A stretch of 64,000 nucleotides of DNA, from positions 32,001-96,000 of the forward strand of contig JBHLQH010000009.1 in assembly GCA_048884965.1 (NCBI GenBank), in the 5' to 3' direction. Position 1 is the first letter of the stretch. Each line of letters starts with the position of its first letter. Below the pieces are notes generated by a model that did not search any database, was not told where the DNA came from, and saw only the letters and a program-made list of their open reading frames with translations. The stretch comes from Candidatus Thorarchaeota archaeon. Its GTDB lineage: Archaea; Asgardarchaeota; Thorarchaeia; Thorarchaeales; Thorarchaeaceae. Position numbers and translations under genes: made by a program. Positions 27,749 to 38,700 of the stretch are shown here, piece after piece.

Positions 27749-28519
27749 ATGAATCCTGTCTATCGAGGCTTGGAAGTAATGGCTTTCGTAGCAACTAAAG
27801 ATACTAGTTTCAGTGTAATCCTGAAGGAAGGGTTCAAGATCAAACCCAATTCAATATTCATTTGCGGTTTTCATGGGCTTGGTGAGGTCGGGTTCCTGAG
27901 TACTGCGCACCTAACTCGCACTCTTGATGCAGAACGGGTTGGATTCATAAAAAGCGACATGCTGCCCCTCTTCGTTTCCATGGAGAATGAAAAACTCGTT
28001 CTCCCGTTTGAGCTCTATTCATACGAGGAGAAGAACATGATTTTCTTTGTCCCACGCTTTCAGCCTCATCAGAGTGAGCAATGGGGCTTTATTGAGAAAC
28101 TTGCAGAATGGATTGTAGAACAGAAGTTTGGAGAAGTACTGCTTCTTGGAGGTCTTGATGCCAGCTTCAAAGAAGATGAGGCGGATATGCGATGCGTTCC
28201 CACAACTATCTATCATGAGAAGCTTGAGAAGTGGTCAGTTCCTCTTCTAGAAGAAGGTCTCTTCGTTGCAGGTCCGCTTGCTCTATTATTGGCAGAGCTT
28301 GAGATGAAAAACGCTCCCGGTATCGGCCTTCTTACGTATGCTACTCGAGGACGACCTGACCCTCGTTCAGCAGCGACAATGCTTGAGAAAATCAATGAGG
28401 TCTATGGAGTCAGTGCTAATGTTGACCAGTTGATTGAAGAGAGCAAAGAAATCGAGCGTCTTGAGAAGATGCGGAAATCGATCGAGGCTGATTCAGATCC
28501 CTCGCAGATGTATCTCTAG
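27749..28519 (+). CDS. PAC2-family proteasome assembly chaperone (Pba-like) with C-terminal HbYX (MYL)
   Basis: GFHGLGEVG, LLGGL, PDPRSAA, ends QMYL. Start may be ATG 27779. Confidence 0.88.
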   Translation: MNPVYRGLEVMAFVATKDTSFSVILKEGFKIKPNSIFICGFHGLGEVGFLSTAHLTRTLDAERVGFIKSDMLPLFVSMENEKLVLPFELYSYEEKNMIFFVPRFQPHQSEQWGFIEKLAEWIVEQKFGEVLLLGGLDASFKEDEADMRCVPTTIYHEKLEKWSVPLLEEGLFVAGPLALLLAELEMKNAPGIGLLTYATRGRPDPRSAATMLEKINEVYGVSANVDQLIEESKEIERLEKMRKSIEADSDPSQMYL

Positions 28520-28538
28520 AACAAAATGGTAGTGGTAG

Positions 28539-29081
28539 TCATCCTAGTCTTCGGAGGTACCATCCGATATCGACAAGGTTCTTGGCTACCAGCTTCTCTT
28601 TTCCTAGTTTCTCTAGCAACCGTCCATCTACCGATAGGACTGCCAAACCAAGGACGTGACCTTGCTGATCTTTTACAATCACCCGTTTACCACGTTCAAG
28701 AGTAGCACTCAAGCTAGCAACGCCTTCCTTGAGGATACTTCTTCCATAAGTGAATGCTTCAGCACTCTTCTTATTGACCACGATGATATTCTCTGTCAAT
28801 GTTGACAGCTTCTCAAGGATGGGGAGGCTTAGACGTAATCTGTCCTTAATCATATCCCCTAACCAGATTCCCAGATAGCGCACCTCAAAATCATTGAAGT
28901 CTTCATCAACCATGGACATCCAATCATTAGGTACCAGATACATCGACTTCGTATCGCCATGTTCAATCACAGCTGGAGCTAGGTTGCCAAGTATCTTGTT
29001 TGTTATTCCTTCTCCAAAATCCGAGTCCATCTGCTTCATGACTGATTCCCATAAGACCGGGTCGATAAATTCTGGCTTCAT
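28539..29081 (-). CDS. Nip7-like PUA-domain ribosome biogenesis protein
   Basis: YLGIWLG, AFTYGRSI, VLGLA, NLVDIGWYLR C-terminus. Confidence 0.8.
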   Translation of the reverse strand: MKPEFIDPVLWESVMKQMDSDFGEGITNKILGNLAPAVIEHGDTKSMYLVPNDWMSMVDEDFNDFEVRYLGIWLGDMIKDRLRLSLPILEKLSTLTENIIVVNKKSAEAFTYGRSILKEGVASLSATLERGKRVIVKDQQGHVLGLAVLSVDGRLLEKLGKEKLVAKNLVDIGWYLRRLG

Positions 29082-29127
29082 TGCTGATTACAGTTCCCTT
29101 GCATCGCTTATTAGATGTGTCATCCAA

Positions 29128-30771
29128 CTATGCTTCCATTGTGGAGAGTCTGGTTTTACCTATGAACAAGAATGTCGAGCCAATAAAAAGGATAGGAAGA
29201 ATGGCAGCGATTGACCCAAGGATTACATTATCGAGGAATATCTCCGAATTGAACTCGTAAAGGAAACCAACTAGGATTCCAATCATGGAAACAACTATTG
29301 TGGCAATGGTATTGATATGGAACGCGGAGCTCTTTGTATCTTCATAGGCTGGATTCATACAAGTGATTCCAATACTGACAAATATCGTACAACAGAGCAC
29401 AAGATATGCATGTACTAGCATGATTATTGCATTTAGTGGAGCAAGTAGAAAGACTACTGAGAGAATGAGGACAGGAATCAGTGTCATCGGGATCGCGAAA
29501 AGAAATGAATCAATGATTCTCGCCATCAAGAATTTAGAGGTCCCTCTGGGGACACTTTTAATGACCCAGAGGTGATCCTTTGACTCTAGGAAGCCAATAC
29601 CTCCAAAGGTCACTCCTCCGATCAGACCAAGGAACATACTGATAAAGAATGTCATAAAAACCACGAGATATACTGAATCTTGAAAACTCCCAAGTCCCGA
29701 ATAGCTGATCATCAAGGGGACAATGATTGAAAGCAGAGTCGCATAGACTACTTTTGATGTATTTTGTGCCTTCCTACTAAAGTCTTTCATCATCAACACA
29801 ATGATGACTCCTTGCGGCCCAGGAACAACTCGTCTGAGTATACGTAAGAACAGATTCTCCTTTCCTACGGTTGTTATCGTTTCTGTACGAGCACCAGCTT
29901 CCAGACTGAATATTCTATCTGGAGTTATGAATCCAAGAACTAGTACTATAAGTGCAAACAGACCTACTAATGCAAGATCTATCTCGATACCTAGACCGAG
30001 TATTTCTTCAAATACTGCTATCACTGCAGATGGCAAATTCACTCCATTATTATAGATTGTAATCCATGTGATGAGGTCCGCTGCCCACGTGGATGGCAGT
30101 ATGAGAAAGACATTGAGTCCAAGCAATTCCGCGAAGGACTCTGCAAAGTATATCAGACCATAGAGTGGCACCAAGAACACAAGGACGATTATCAGTCCCA
30201 TTCCTTTTGCTATATCATTCCCTCTGGCAGAAGTCCCAAGTCTTGCTTGGATTGCGGTGCTAATTACCGTTGAAAGGAGAAGGGTGGCTATGACAAAAAT
30301 CCCGATGATTAGGTAGGTAAACACCTGTCCAAGGATCGACACTTCATAGAAAATAATGAAGGGCGATACTAAGAGTGGTGCCATGAATATGACCAGAATG
30401 CCATACTGTGGAATCTTTGCCATGAACATACCAAATAGCATGTCCCGAGTACTCACATTGTTGCTCAACATGATTTCCCATTGACCAATCTTCACCTCTT
30501 GTAGAGAATAGGTAATTGGATAGATGAGCACCATCATCCACAAGATGAGAATGACAGAGCGCATCAACCCTGGATATGCTGCCTGTAAAACAAGCTGGAC
30601 CTGTTCGGAGAACAAATCCAAAAAGCCTTGCATTATCGCAGGAGCAACGAAGAATGCCCATACAAGTCCTATTAGAATTAGCGCGAGCATTACCTGTGGT
30701 CTTCTATTCCTAAAGCGGGAGGTTGCAACGCGAAATTCTGCTTTTGCAATGGTGGCCCATGCCTTTGGCAC
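29128..30771 (-). CDS. ABC exporter permease (multi-TM)
   Basis: Many hydrophobic helices, IAKAEFR and MMKDF motifs; translationally coupled to the ABC ATPase. Confidence 0.75.
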   Translation of the reverse strand: MPKAWATIAKAEFRVATSRFRNRRPQVMLALILIGLVWAFFVAPAIMQGFLDLFSEQVQLVLQAAYPGLMRSVILILWMMVLIYPITYSLQEVKIGQWEIMLSNNVSTRDMLFGMFMAKIPQYGILVIFMAPLLVSPFIIFYEVSILGQVFTYLIIGIFVIATLLLSTVISTAIQARLGTSARGNDIAKGMGLIIVLVFLVPLYGLIYFAESFAELLGLNVFLILPSTWAADLITWITIYNNGVNLPSAVIAVFEEILGLGIEIDLALVGLFALIVLVLGFITPDRIFSLEAGARTETITTVGKENLFLRILRRVVPGPQGVIIVLMMKDFSRKAQNTSKVVYATLLSIIVPLMISYSGLGSFQDSVYLVVFMTFFISMFLGLIGGVTFGGIGFLESKDHLWVIKSVPRGTSKFLMARIIDSFLFAIPMTLIPVLILSVVFLLAPLNAIIMLVHAYLVLCCTIFVSIGITCMNPAYEDTKSSAFHINTIATIVVSMIGILVGFLYEFNSEIFLDNVILGSIAAILPILFIGSTFLFIGKTRLSTMEA

Positions 30772-31547
30772 TATTCGTTCCTCCAGCTCAAGAGAGTGCT
30801 TCTATCAACCTCTCCGCCAACAAGCTTTAGGTATGCAGCTTCCAAATCTTTGGTCTGAGTCTTTTCGATTATCTCCTGAGGTGTATCCAGTACGATTAGC
30901 TTTCCCTCATTCAGAATACCAATGGTTTCGCATACATCCTCGGCAAAATCTATCATGTGAGTACAGATGAAGAATGTAGTATCCATCTCCTCTGTCATGG
31001 CTAGAATGAGTTCCTTTACAAGAGCACTAGCAGCTGGATCAAGGCGCGATGTGGGTTCATCAAGGAAGACCAGTTGCGGCTCATGGACAAATGTTGATGC
31101 TACAAGGACTTTTTGTTTCATTCCAGAGCTATAGCTCTCCAACAGATCATTCTGCCGACCTTCTAGTCCTAGGATTCCAAGGAGTCGGTCAATACGTGTG
31201 TAGAGTTGTGGTCCGCTTAGGTCATTTAGTGCTCCAATGAATTCCATGAATTCAACAGCTGAGAGCTTTGAATAGAGGCCAGGAGCCTCAGGAAGTAATC
31301 CTGTTGCTGCTTTGATCTCATTTCTCTGAGTATGAATATCATATCCGCAAACCGTGGCATTTCCAAATGTTGGCTTCAAGAGCCCTGTCAAGATACGAAC
31401 AGTCGTAGTCTTTCCTGCTCCATTTGGACCCAGGAATCCAAAGGTTGTCCCTTTCTTGACCTGAAGCGTAAGCGAATCGAGGGCTTTGATTTGACCAAAG
31501 CTCTTGCTTAATTGAATCGTATTGATTATTGAACCATTCTCACTCAA
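30771..31547 (-). CDS. ABC transporter ATP-binding protein
   Basis: GPNGAGKTT, YSSGMKQK, LDEPT, CTH. Confidence 0.93.
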   Translation of the reverse strand: MSENGSIINTIQLSKSFGQIKALDSLTLQVKKGTTFGFLGPNGAGKTTTVRILTGLLKPTFGNATVCGYDIHTQRNEIKAATGLLPEAPGLYSKLSAVEFMEFIGALNDLSGPQLYTRIDRLLGILGLEGRQNDLLESYSSGMKQKVLVASTFVHEPQLVFLDEPTSRLDPAASALVKELILAMTEEMDTTFFICTHMIDFAEDVCETIGILNEGKLIVLDTPQEIIEKTQTKDLEAAYLKLVGGEVDRSTLLSWRNE

Positions 31548-31604
31548 AAGATTGCACCCTGTTCAAAAAAAGAATGACACACAGGTTACTAATATGGCTG
31601 CTGT

Positions 31605-32576
31605 TCAACTCATCTTTTCCATCTTACAAATGAAGAACCCTTCGGTTCCGTGCAGGTGGGGCAGAAATCGCCGAGAATGCTTCAACGAATCATCGAGTTG
31701 CACACCATATGGTGTTGAATAGCCTGGACTACCAAAATCGATGTCTATCGGGATCACTCGTACCTCTGGATATCTACGTAGGATATTGTCAACTACATAT
31801 TCATTTTCCTCAGGAGCAATGGAACAGGTCGAGTAAACCATTTGTCCTCCTGCACTAAGTTTCCGTATCGCTGCATCAAGAAGGTCATCTTCTCTGGTCG
31901 CACAGTATTGGATGTCCGCCATGGTCTTGCTTGTCTTTCTACTTGGATCTAGAGGTATGAGGCCCTCTCCTGAACAAGGTGCATCTAGTAGCATCTTTGT
32001 TGGTTCGAGACCTATCCCATCAATCTTCTTGGCATCTCCCCTAAGTACAAGTGAGTTGGTGACTCCACATCGAAGTATATTACTTCGCAGGCTATCTATA
32101 CGAAGACGATCCTGCTCAACTGCAAGTACAAGTCCAGTGTTCTTCATCATCTGGGCGAGATGTGTTGTCTTGCCTCCAGGTGCAGCCGCTAAATCCGCGA
32201 CAACCTCATCTGGTTGAGGGTCAAGCACCTCGACCGCGGTCATCGAAGGTACTCCTTGGATATAGTAGAAACCAAGCATATGTTCAAGCAACGCTCCTGG
32301 CGAATGTCTACCGAAATCGGCATAATATCCATACTGCAGCCATGGTATCTCTTCCATTGCTATGCCCTTCCTTCGTAAGGCATTCAGTGTATGTGCTTTC
32401 TCATTCTTCAACGTGTTAATCCTTATTGCTGTCCTAATTGGCTGCTCACATGCCTGAAGGAACTGAAGGGTTTCTTCTTCCCCCCAGAGAGTCAGATATC
32501 TTTCTATCATATATTGAAGATAGCCATATTGATCTGCGAGTTCCTTCGCTCTTGCTTTAGTTTCTTTGCGGGACAT
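31605..32576 (-). CDS. NOL1/NOP2/RsmB-family RNA m5C methyltransferase
   Basis: RINTLK, DLAAAPGGKT, LDAPCSGEG, YSTCS, GFFI. Start set at ATG 32576. Confidence 0.93.
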   Translation of the reverse strand: MSRKETKARAKELADQYGYLQYMIERYLTLWGEEETLQFLQACEQPIRTAIRINTLKNEKAHTLNALRRKGIAMEEIPWLQYGYYADFGRHSPGALLEHMLGFYYIQGVPSMTAVEVLDPQPDEVVADLAAAPGGKTTHLAQMMKNTGLVLAVEQDRLRIDSLRSNILRCGVTNSLVLRGDAKKIDGIGLEPTKMLLDAPCSGEGLIPLDPSRKTSKTMADIQYCATREDDLLDAAIRKLSAGGQMVYSTCSIAPEENEYVVDNILRRYPEVRVIPIDIDFGSPGYSTPYGVQLDDSLKHSRRFLPHLHGTEGFFICKMEKMS

Positions 32577-32583
32577 AGGACCA

Positions 32584-33033
32584 TCATTCTCCAATATCTT
32601 CATTCCATAGCTCTGGATTATCTTTGATGAAGTCTGTCATGAGTTCTCTGCATTGTTGATTATCGAGGACCTTGACTTCAACCCCTCTTGACTTAACATA
32701 ATTCTCTGGACCTTTGAAGGTTCGATTCTCACCAATTACCACGGTAGGGATTCCATAGAGCAGGATTGCTCCACTACACATATCACAAGGAGAGAGGGTC
32801 GAGTAAAGAACAGCCCTCTTGTAATCCTTTGATTGCAAACGACCTGCGTTCTCCAAGCAATCCATCTCTGCATGAAGGACAACACTTCCCTTTTGGACCC
32901 GTTTATTATGTCCTTGACCTACGATTTTTCCATCAATGACCAGCACAGAGCCAATCGGGATTCCTCCCTCCTCTAATCCCTTCTTCGCTTCTTCGATCGC
33001 TACTTGCATGAATTTGCCATGGTCAATTCCCAT
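32584..33033 (-). CDS. Cytosine/nucleoside deaminase (FCY1-like zinc deaminase)
   Basis: GIPIGSVL, HAEMDCLENAG, PCDMC, WNEDIGE. Confidence 0.9.
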   Translation of the reverse strand: MGIDHGKFMQVAIEEAKKGLEEGGIPIGSVLVIDGKIVGQGHNKRVQKGSVVLHAEMDCLENAGRLQSKDYKRAVLYSTLSPCDMCSGAILLYGIPTVVIGENRTFKGPENYVKSRGVEVKVLDNQQCRELMTDFIKDNPELWNEDIGE

Positions 33034-33047
33034 TTATTGTACCTTCT

Positions 33048-34298
33048 CTATTGTTGTTCTAGAGCCTTTACGAGCTCTGAAACATCAGGTGAGATAACAG
33101 GAACCTTTGGTGTTAAGCGGTCCGGTGTAGCTAAATCCTTGAACCCAGAGCCCGTAATGGGCACCACAATCGTATCAGATCTCTCAATCATCCCGTCATT
33201 CACCAAGGTTTCGAGACCTGCCATCGCAGCGACTCCGCTAGGTTCTGCGAATATGCCTTCATATTTTCCTAGCAGGACCAGATGCTTTTCGATTTCTTGG
33301 TCGCTTACTGAAACTGCAGTACCATTTGCCAGATGCAAATACTTCAATGCAGCATCTCCATCCCATGGGAATGGGTCAGCTAGTCCCCCTGCAACTGTAT
33401 CATTCGAGTCCCACGGTGTGATGCTAAGGGGATCTTGATTGTTCTCGAAGGCTCTGACAATAGGCGGACATCCCTCTGGCTGTACGATTACTGGCCGTGG
33501 CAAATCATCAATGAGGCCCATTTCTTTGAACTCCCAGAAGCCTTTCATCGTACCTGCCATCAAGCCTCCACTACCTGTAGGAAACAATATCCAATTAGGG
33601 ACATTCCAACTCATTTGCTCAGCAAGTTCATACCCTAGAGATTTGGTTCCTTCGAACTGGAAGCCATTGAATGGACCAAATGAGGGAGTAGGAGTCCATC
33701 CTAACTCATCACACGCGGCATGCAGGATGGTCGTTGTCGGGTCAATACCTTCCTTTACCTTGCGCACGCGGAATACATTGGCTCCCAAGGTTCTAAGATG
33801 TATCAGTTTTCCAGCTGGTGCATTCTCTGGGACAAACACAACTGCTCGAAGACCTGCTCTTGCCGCATACGTAGACATGGCAGCAGCGGCATTTCCTGAG
33901 GATGCTGCAGACACGGTTGTTGCTCCATCTTCTTTCGCTCGAGTCACTCCTACGCATATAGGGCGGTCCTTGAAGGATCCAGAGGGATTTAGGGTTTCAA
34001 TCTTGAGTGATAGATTTGACAAGCCCAGCTCTCTTGCTAAGTTCTTACTGGGCACAAGGGGGGTGTTCCCTTCTCCAAGAGAGATGATGCTCTCTCTCCT
34101 ACGTATTGGCATGAACTCAAAATATTTCCAGAGTCCTCCCTTTCGTCGTTCTATGGTTTCTCGGGTGAAAGTTTCCTTCAGTGCCTCAAGATCGAGGACT
34201 ATGTCTATTCGTCCTCCACACCTATCATTTGGAGGGACATTCGTCTCTTCATATTCCTTGCCGCATTTTGCACATCTATAGCGCCTGATTCCGCTCAT
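33048..34298 (-). CDS. thrC: Threonine synthase-like PLP enzyme
   Basis: CAKCG zinc ribbon, SLGEGNTP, NPSGSFKDR, SSGNA, PTGSGG, EPSG, ITGSGFKD; ATG 34298 after a GGTGA SD. Confidence 0.8.
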   Translation of the reverse strand: MSGIRRYRCAKCGKEYEETNVPPNDRCGGRIDIVLDLEALKETFTRETIERRKGGLWKYFEFMPIRRRESIISLGEGNTPLVPSKNLARELGLSNLSLKIETLNPSGSFKDRPICVGVTRAKEDGATTVSAASSGNAAAAMSTYAARAGLRAVVFVPENAPAGKLIHLRTLGANVFRVRKVKEGIDPTTTILHAACDELGWTPTPSFGPFNGFQFEGTKSLGYELAEQMSWNVPNWILFPTGSGGLMAGTMKGFWEFKEMGLIDDLPRPVIVQPEGCPPIVRAFENNQDPLSITPWDSNDTVAGGLADPFPWDGDAALKYLHLANGTAVSVSDQEIEKHLVLLGKYEGIFAEPSGVAAMAGLETLVNDGMIERSDTIVVPITGSGFKDLATPDRLTPKVPVISPDVSELVKALEQQ

Positions 34299-34417
34299 GG
34301 TGTCACCAGCGAAATACCTCATGGATGACTCGGTTATGTGGATTGCGTTTTTTATCGTCAAAGAGAAAGACCTAATTCTTTCATTGCTGCATGGATAGTC
34401 GACTGGTAGTGAAGACC

Positions 34418-35008
34418 ATGGCTACAACTAGCTTTGAAGTAGAGGTCAAGATTGCAATCAAGGATCCGAAGAAGATAGAGGGTGTCCTAATTGAGATGGG
34501 GTCGGTGAAGACCAACAGGGAAACGCAAGTTGACACATATTTCAATCATCCCTGTAGGTCCTTTGAAACTACAGATGAAGCACTTCGTCTGAGGACAAGG
34601 GAAAAGATAGCTATCTCTAATCAAGCCGGGAATATTCCTGCTACCAAGATTGAGCTCACATACAAAGGTCCGAAACTGGATACAACTACCAAGACCCGTC
34701 TGGAGCTTTCAGTTGGGATACGGGATACAGAGTCGATTCGTGCAATATTGATACAATTGGGCTTCCAAGAGGTTGCCACCATTGTCAAGGATAGAATATT
34801 CTTCGCCCTTGAGGGCATGATAGCAAGTATAGATCATGTAGATAAAGTGGGTTCTTTTCTTGAGGTCGAGACAGTCGTTGATTCAGAGGATCGAATTCCG
34901 TCGGCAAGAGAGGAGATCCTCAGCTTCGTAGAGAAGATTGGGCTAAGACGTACGGACTCAATTAGAGAATCATATCTCGAGCTCTTCTTGAGGAAGCTGC
35001 ACTCCTAG
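34418..35008 (+). CDS. cyaB: CYTH-domain protein (class IV adenylate cyclase / triphosphate tunnel metalloenzyme)
   Basis: EVEVK, DTYFNHP, EALRLR, TYKGPK, FLEVE, SYLEL. Confidence 0.88.
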   Translation: MATTSFEVEVKIAIKDPKKIEGVLIEMGSVKTNRETQVDTYFNHPCRSFETTDEALRLRTREKIAISNQAGNIPATKIELTYKGPKLDTTTKTRLELSVGIRDTESIRAILIQLGFQEVATIVKDRIFFALEGMIASIDHVDKVGSFLEVETVVDSEDRIPSAREEILSFVEKIGLRRTDSIRESYLELFLRKLHS

Positions 35009-35601
35009 TCACTTGCAGAAATCTCCTTACGTAGCTGCTTGACGAACCTCTCTAGTAATGAGTGACGGTCGTGGGCGATGCGAGACGCTTCCTGCGTGTA
35101 GAGCATGTCTTTGAGTTTCAGAAGCTTCTCATCAGCGTGCTCGAGAAATCCACGTAATCCCTTTCCAGAAACTGTGGCCTGTGCAATAGATCGAAAGACT
35201 CCAATTGCACCAATGGCATCAAGTTTGTCCGCATCGCTTAGAATCCTGCCTTCAAGTGAAATAGGCTCTATTCCCTCACTAAACCTATGTGTTCTAATTG
35301 CACTGAGAACTTCTTCGATCTCATGGTCTGTATACCCAATGTCTTCAAGGAATCTCTTGCTAAGCTCGCCTGATATGACAGAGTGGGACTTTCCATATTG
35401 TTCTTCAAAAGGTCTACCTATGTCATGAAGCAACGCTGCTGCTCCTAGGATGCGAATCTTTGCCCCCATAGTATTTCCAATCTCCAGACAGACCTGTAGT
35501 ACCCGGCGTGTATGATCGTAGGTATGAGCTCCCTCGCCATTATCTTCAAGGATACTTCTGGAGAAATCATCAATTTTGGCTTCTGGGAACAGTTCTATCA
35601 C
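35005..35601 (-). CDS. HD-domain phosphohydrolase
   Basis: HTYDHTRRV, LLHDIG, HRFS, DADKLDAIGAIG. Confidence 0.9.
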   Translation of the reverse strand: MIELFPEAKIDDFSRSILEDNGEGAHTYDHTRRVLQVCLEIGNTMGAKIRILGAAALLHDIGRPFEEQYGKSHSVISGELSKRFLEDIGYTDHEIEEVLSAIRTHRFSEGIEPISLEGRILSDADKLDAIGAIGVFRSIAQATVSGKGLRGFLEHADEKLLKLKDMLYTQEASRIAHDRHSLLERFVKQLRKEISASD

Positions 35602-35784
35602 AATCCTCTACGAGTTTCGTCAATGAAACGCTTGTCCTTTCTTAAAATCGACGGAAGTTACAATTATTGATGAATAAATATGCTAGAAACGCTTTAATCA
35701 TTAGGAATCGTCGGAATACTGTTAAGGAGTTGTGCACCCCCTTAGCCAGCCAAACGCCACCCATGGCAGCGAGAGGAATCATAC

Positions 35785-38700
35785 TTGAGTGCCAGTGAAC
35801 CTGTAACCAAACGCAAAGTCGGGATAACAACTATCCTCAGTGCTATTTTCATAATTCTTATGATAGTATGGGGCACCTACACAGTCATCCTAATTTCTCT
35901 CGAACAAGTACGGTCTGAGAATCCACATGTACAGCTGAACGACGTTGAGCCATGGAACTACAATATCAATTGGGCTGGTGGACGTACAAATTGGTTCGAT
36001 GACATCAACTATACTGATCTCCCACTAGATCAGCAGCTCCCTGAGGATCTATTGGCCCAGCTCAACAATACGCTATTCATTGTTAGTCCAGCAAATCCGG
36101 GACAGCTATGGCGAAGCACCGCGTATGACAGCTACGATGGTGCAGGATGGCGAAAGACATTAGACTTGACCACTGAATCTGTCGGGGTAATACCAGCATC
36201 TAGTGCAGTGAACGAAGTCTATACCATCAGTATGAACATCACCGTTAGCGCTAATACTGATCCTATAGAGCTACCAGTGTTATTCCCTTATATTCTAGTC
36301 ATTGAGGACTCCTTCACCAGTACACCTTCTGATGCGCTAATCAGTTACTATCTTGAGTATGATGTATACAATACATTGCTATTCTATCCGTTCCTATCCG
36401 GAAACTTGGGCGACACAGTACTAATCCAGTACCAAGTGACCTATTTGACCCAGGACCTTGCCTATATTGAAGCCAACGCACAGGAAGGAATTACTGCAGA
36501 TCGCACAACTCAAGACCAATACGGCCGTGATGCGACTACCACTGATTTATCTGACACCGTACGTAATGAGATTGAACCATTCAGAACCATAGGTACTAAT
36601 GCATATGACAAGGCGATGGCCGTTGATGTCTACTTCCGATCGAACTATCAGCTACTAATGGGAGAGGATGAGATCAATGAACGCCCTGCAGCTGATCAAG
36701 AGGTCACTGATTGGTTCATCGAGCGAGGTGGCGGTCTGCCTATGGACTTCGCTACAGCCTATTGTGTGTTCATGAGGGAGTTGGATATTCCAGCTCGGAT
36801 GACCTTGGGTTATGCTCTGGGTGACCCCAATCCTGATGGCAGCAATTCTCGACTAGTACGAGTTCTTCATATGATGTTCTGGGCTGAAGTGTACATCCCA
36901 TTTGATGGGACGGACGGTGAATGGATTCAGGTCATTCCAATTCCACTGCCCTCTGATTTTGGGGGTGGTGATCTTCCTGAGAATCTTGATCCCGCCAATG
37001 TTACGCTATACGTTGGAACTCCCGAGAATATTGTATTGCAATGGCTCTATCCCGGTACCCCTCTTATTCCTCAATGGTCCATGATTGGTGATTCCTTCAA
37101 TCTGAGTGCCATGCTAATAGTAAATGATCAACCCTATACTGGCTCAGAGAATATCAGATTCTATGACCTGACTGATGGAGTCGAGCTGGGAACAGTACCT
37201 ATAGAATTCACTCCTGATGCTCGACATCTACCTCTTGCAAACATATCATATTCCTTCCCTGATGGAGCCAATCCTGGTGCGCACAATATCTCCGCAATGT
37301 GGATCACCTCTACTTTCCTATCGACTGGATTCACTTCTTGGGTCGCAGTCGGTCAATCAAATCCCTATGCACCAATCCTCCCAACTTCTCAATTCGCTCC
37401 TAGCGAAACAATAGACCTGAATGTGAAACTCGGACTGACCGATTATTCAGCACAATGGATGGATACACTACATGTCTATGGAACTATGACTATTGGTGGT
37501 TCTCCAGCCAATGGAACAAAACTAGCTGAGCTCGGGAATGATCAAATGTGGCTTCTATGGGATGGTATCTGGTATGGAAATGCGACCATTGGTTCAGACG
37601 GATACTACGAGCTTGATATCTATCTTGATCCAACGGATTTGGCCAGAATGACAGCCGGCCAACATAACGTGACTGCATTCTATGCAGGTGTCTATGATCC
37701 TTTCACTGGTATTCCAGTAGTTCTTCCAGGCTATTCCCCTGATAACATTGTAACGCTAAGTGCTGTTGTAGGGTTCACACTCTCAGTCAATCCTACCACA
37801 ACCGCTGGTGGAGGAACAATAACCTATGATGGGTATCTCTATCTCCTGAATGGTACAATCTTGCCAGGTGAAACTGTGGGGATCATGTTCGATGGAACGA
37901 TTGTTGATACTGCTGTAACCAATGGTTCTGGCGGATTCACCTATGACTATGTCGTCCCACTTTCTCAAGTAGAAGGAGATTATCCTGCACAGGTCAATTT
38001 CACCTCTGGATATTCCCTCGTAAATGGAAATACAAGCTTACCAGTTATCATAACCATCGAGAGTGCTTCTGCAACACTTACCATCGATTCAACCCCGAAG
38101 GACCCTACACCATTGTACATCTACGAGAATATCACAATCTTTGGCACTCTCACCATTACATCAAATAGCTCACCACTAGTAGGTAGGACAGTGGACCTCT
38201 ATTGGGACTGGAACAATGGTACTGTACAATACCTTGGCTCCAATATTACTGGTGCCGGGGGATACTATGAATTCACTTACCAGATCCCAGCATACTCTGA
38301 AGGTTATGGCACATATTGGGTCGAATTCAACTCTCTCGAAGCTACACTCCAATCAGGAATCTCACCTACGATGAGCATCACCGTGAAGCGATACGATGTC
38401 CAGGTATACATCCAAGCCCTTCAAAGTTCAGTCGCTGTTGGAGAAGAACTTGATATTCAGGGCTTCCTCTACCTTCCTGAACTTTACGGTCTTCTTCCGA
38501 ATGCACTCGTATCATTGTGGTGGGATAATGGCTCTGTGTTCAACATTGCAAATGTTATGACAAGTCCTGCTACTGGCTTTTACACCTTCAATTATACAAT
38601 TCCTCTAACTCACGCTCTACAAGTGAACTCACTATGGGCGAACTACTCATCAATCTCACCACTACTCTATAGCAACGAGTCCATGTTTCTCCCAATCAAT

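Noticed and set aside
32584-33033. Yeast FCY1-like deaminase as a eukaryotic signature
   Set aside because: This family is widespread in bacteria and archaea.
33439-34281. Long antisense ORFs (280 aa here; also 11531..12154, 47145..47723, 24058..24585) and the alternative-frame ORF 63210..63821
   Set aside because: They are shadows of well-supported genes, with no recognisable motifs.
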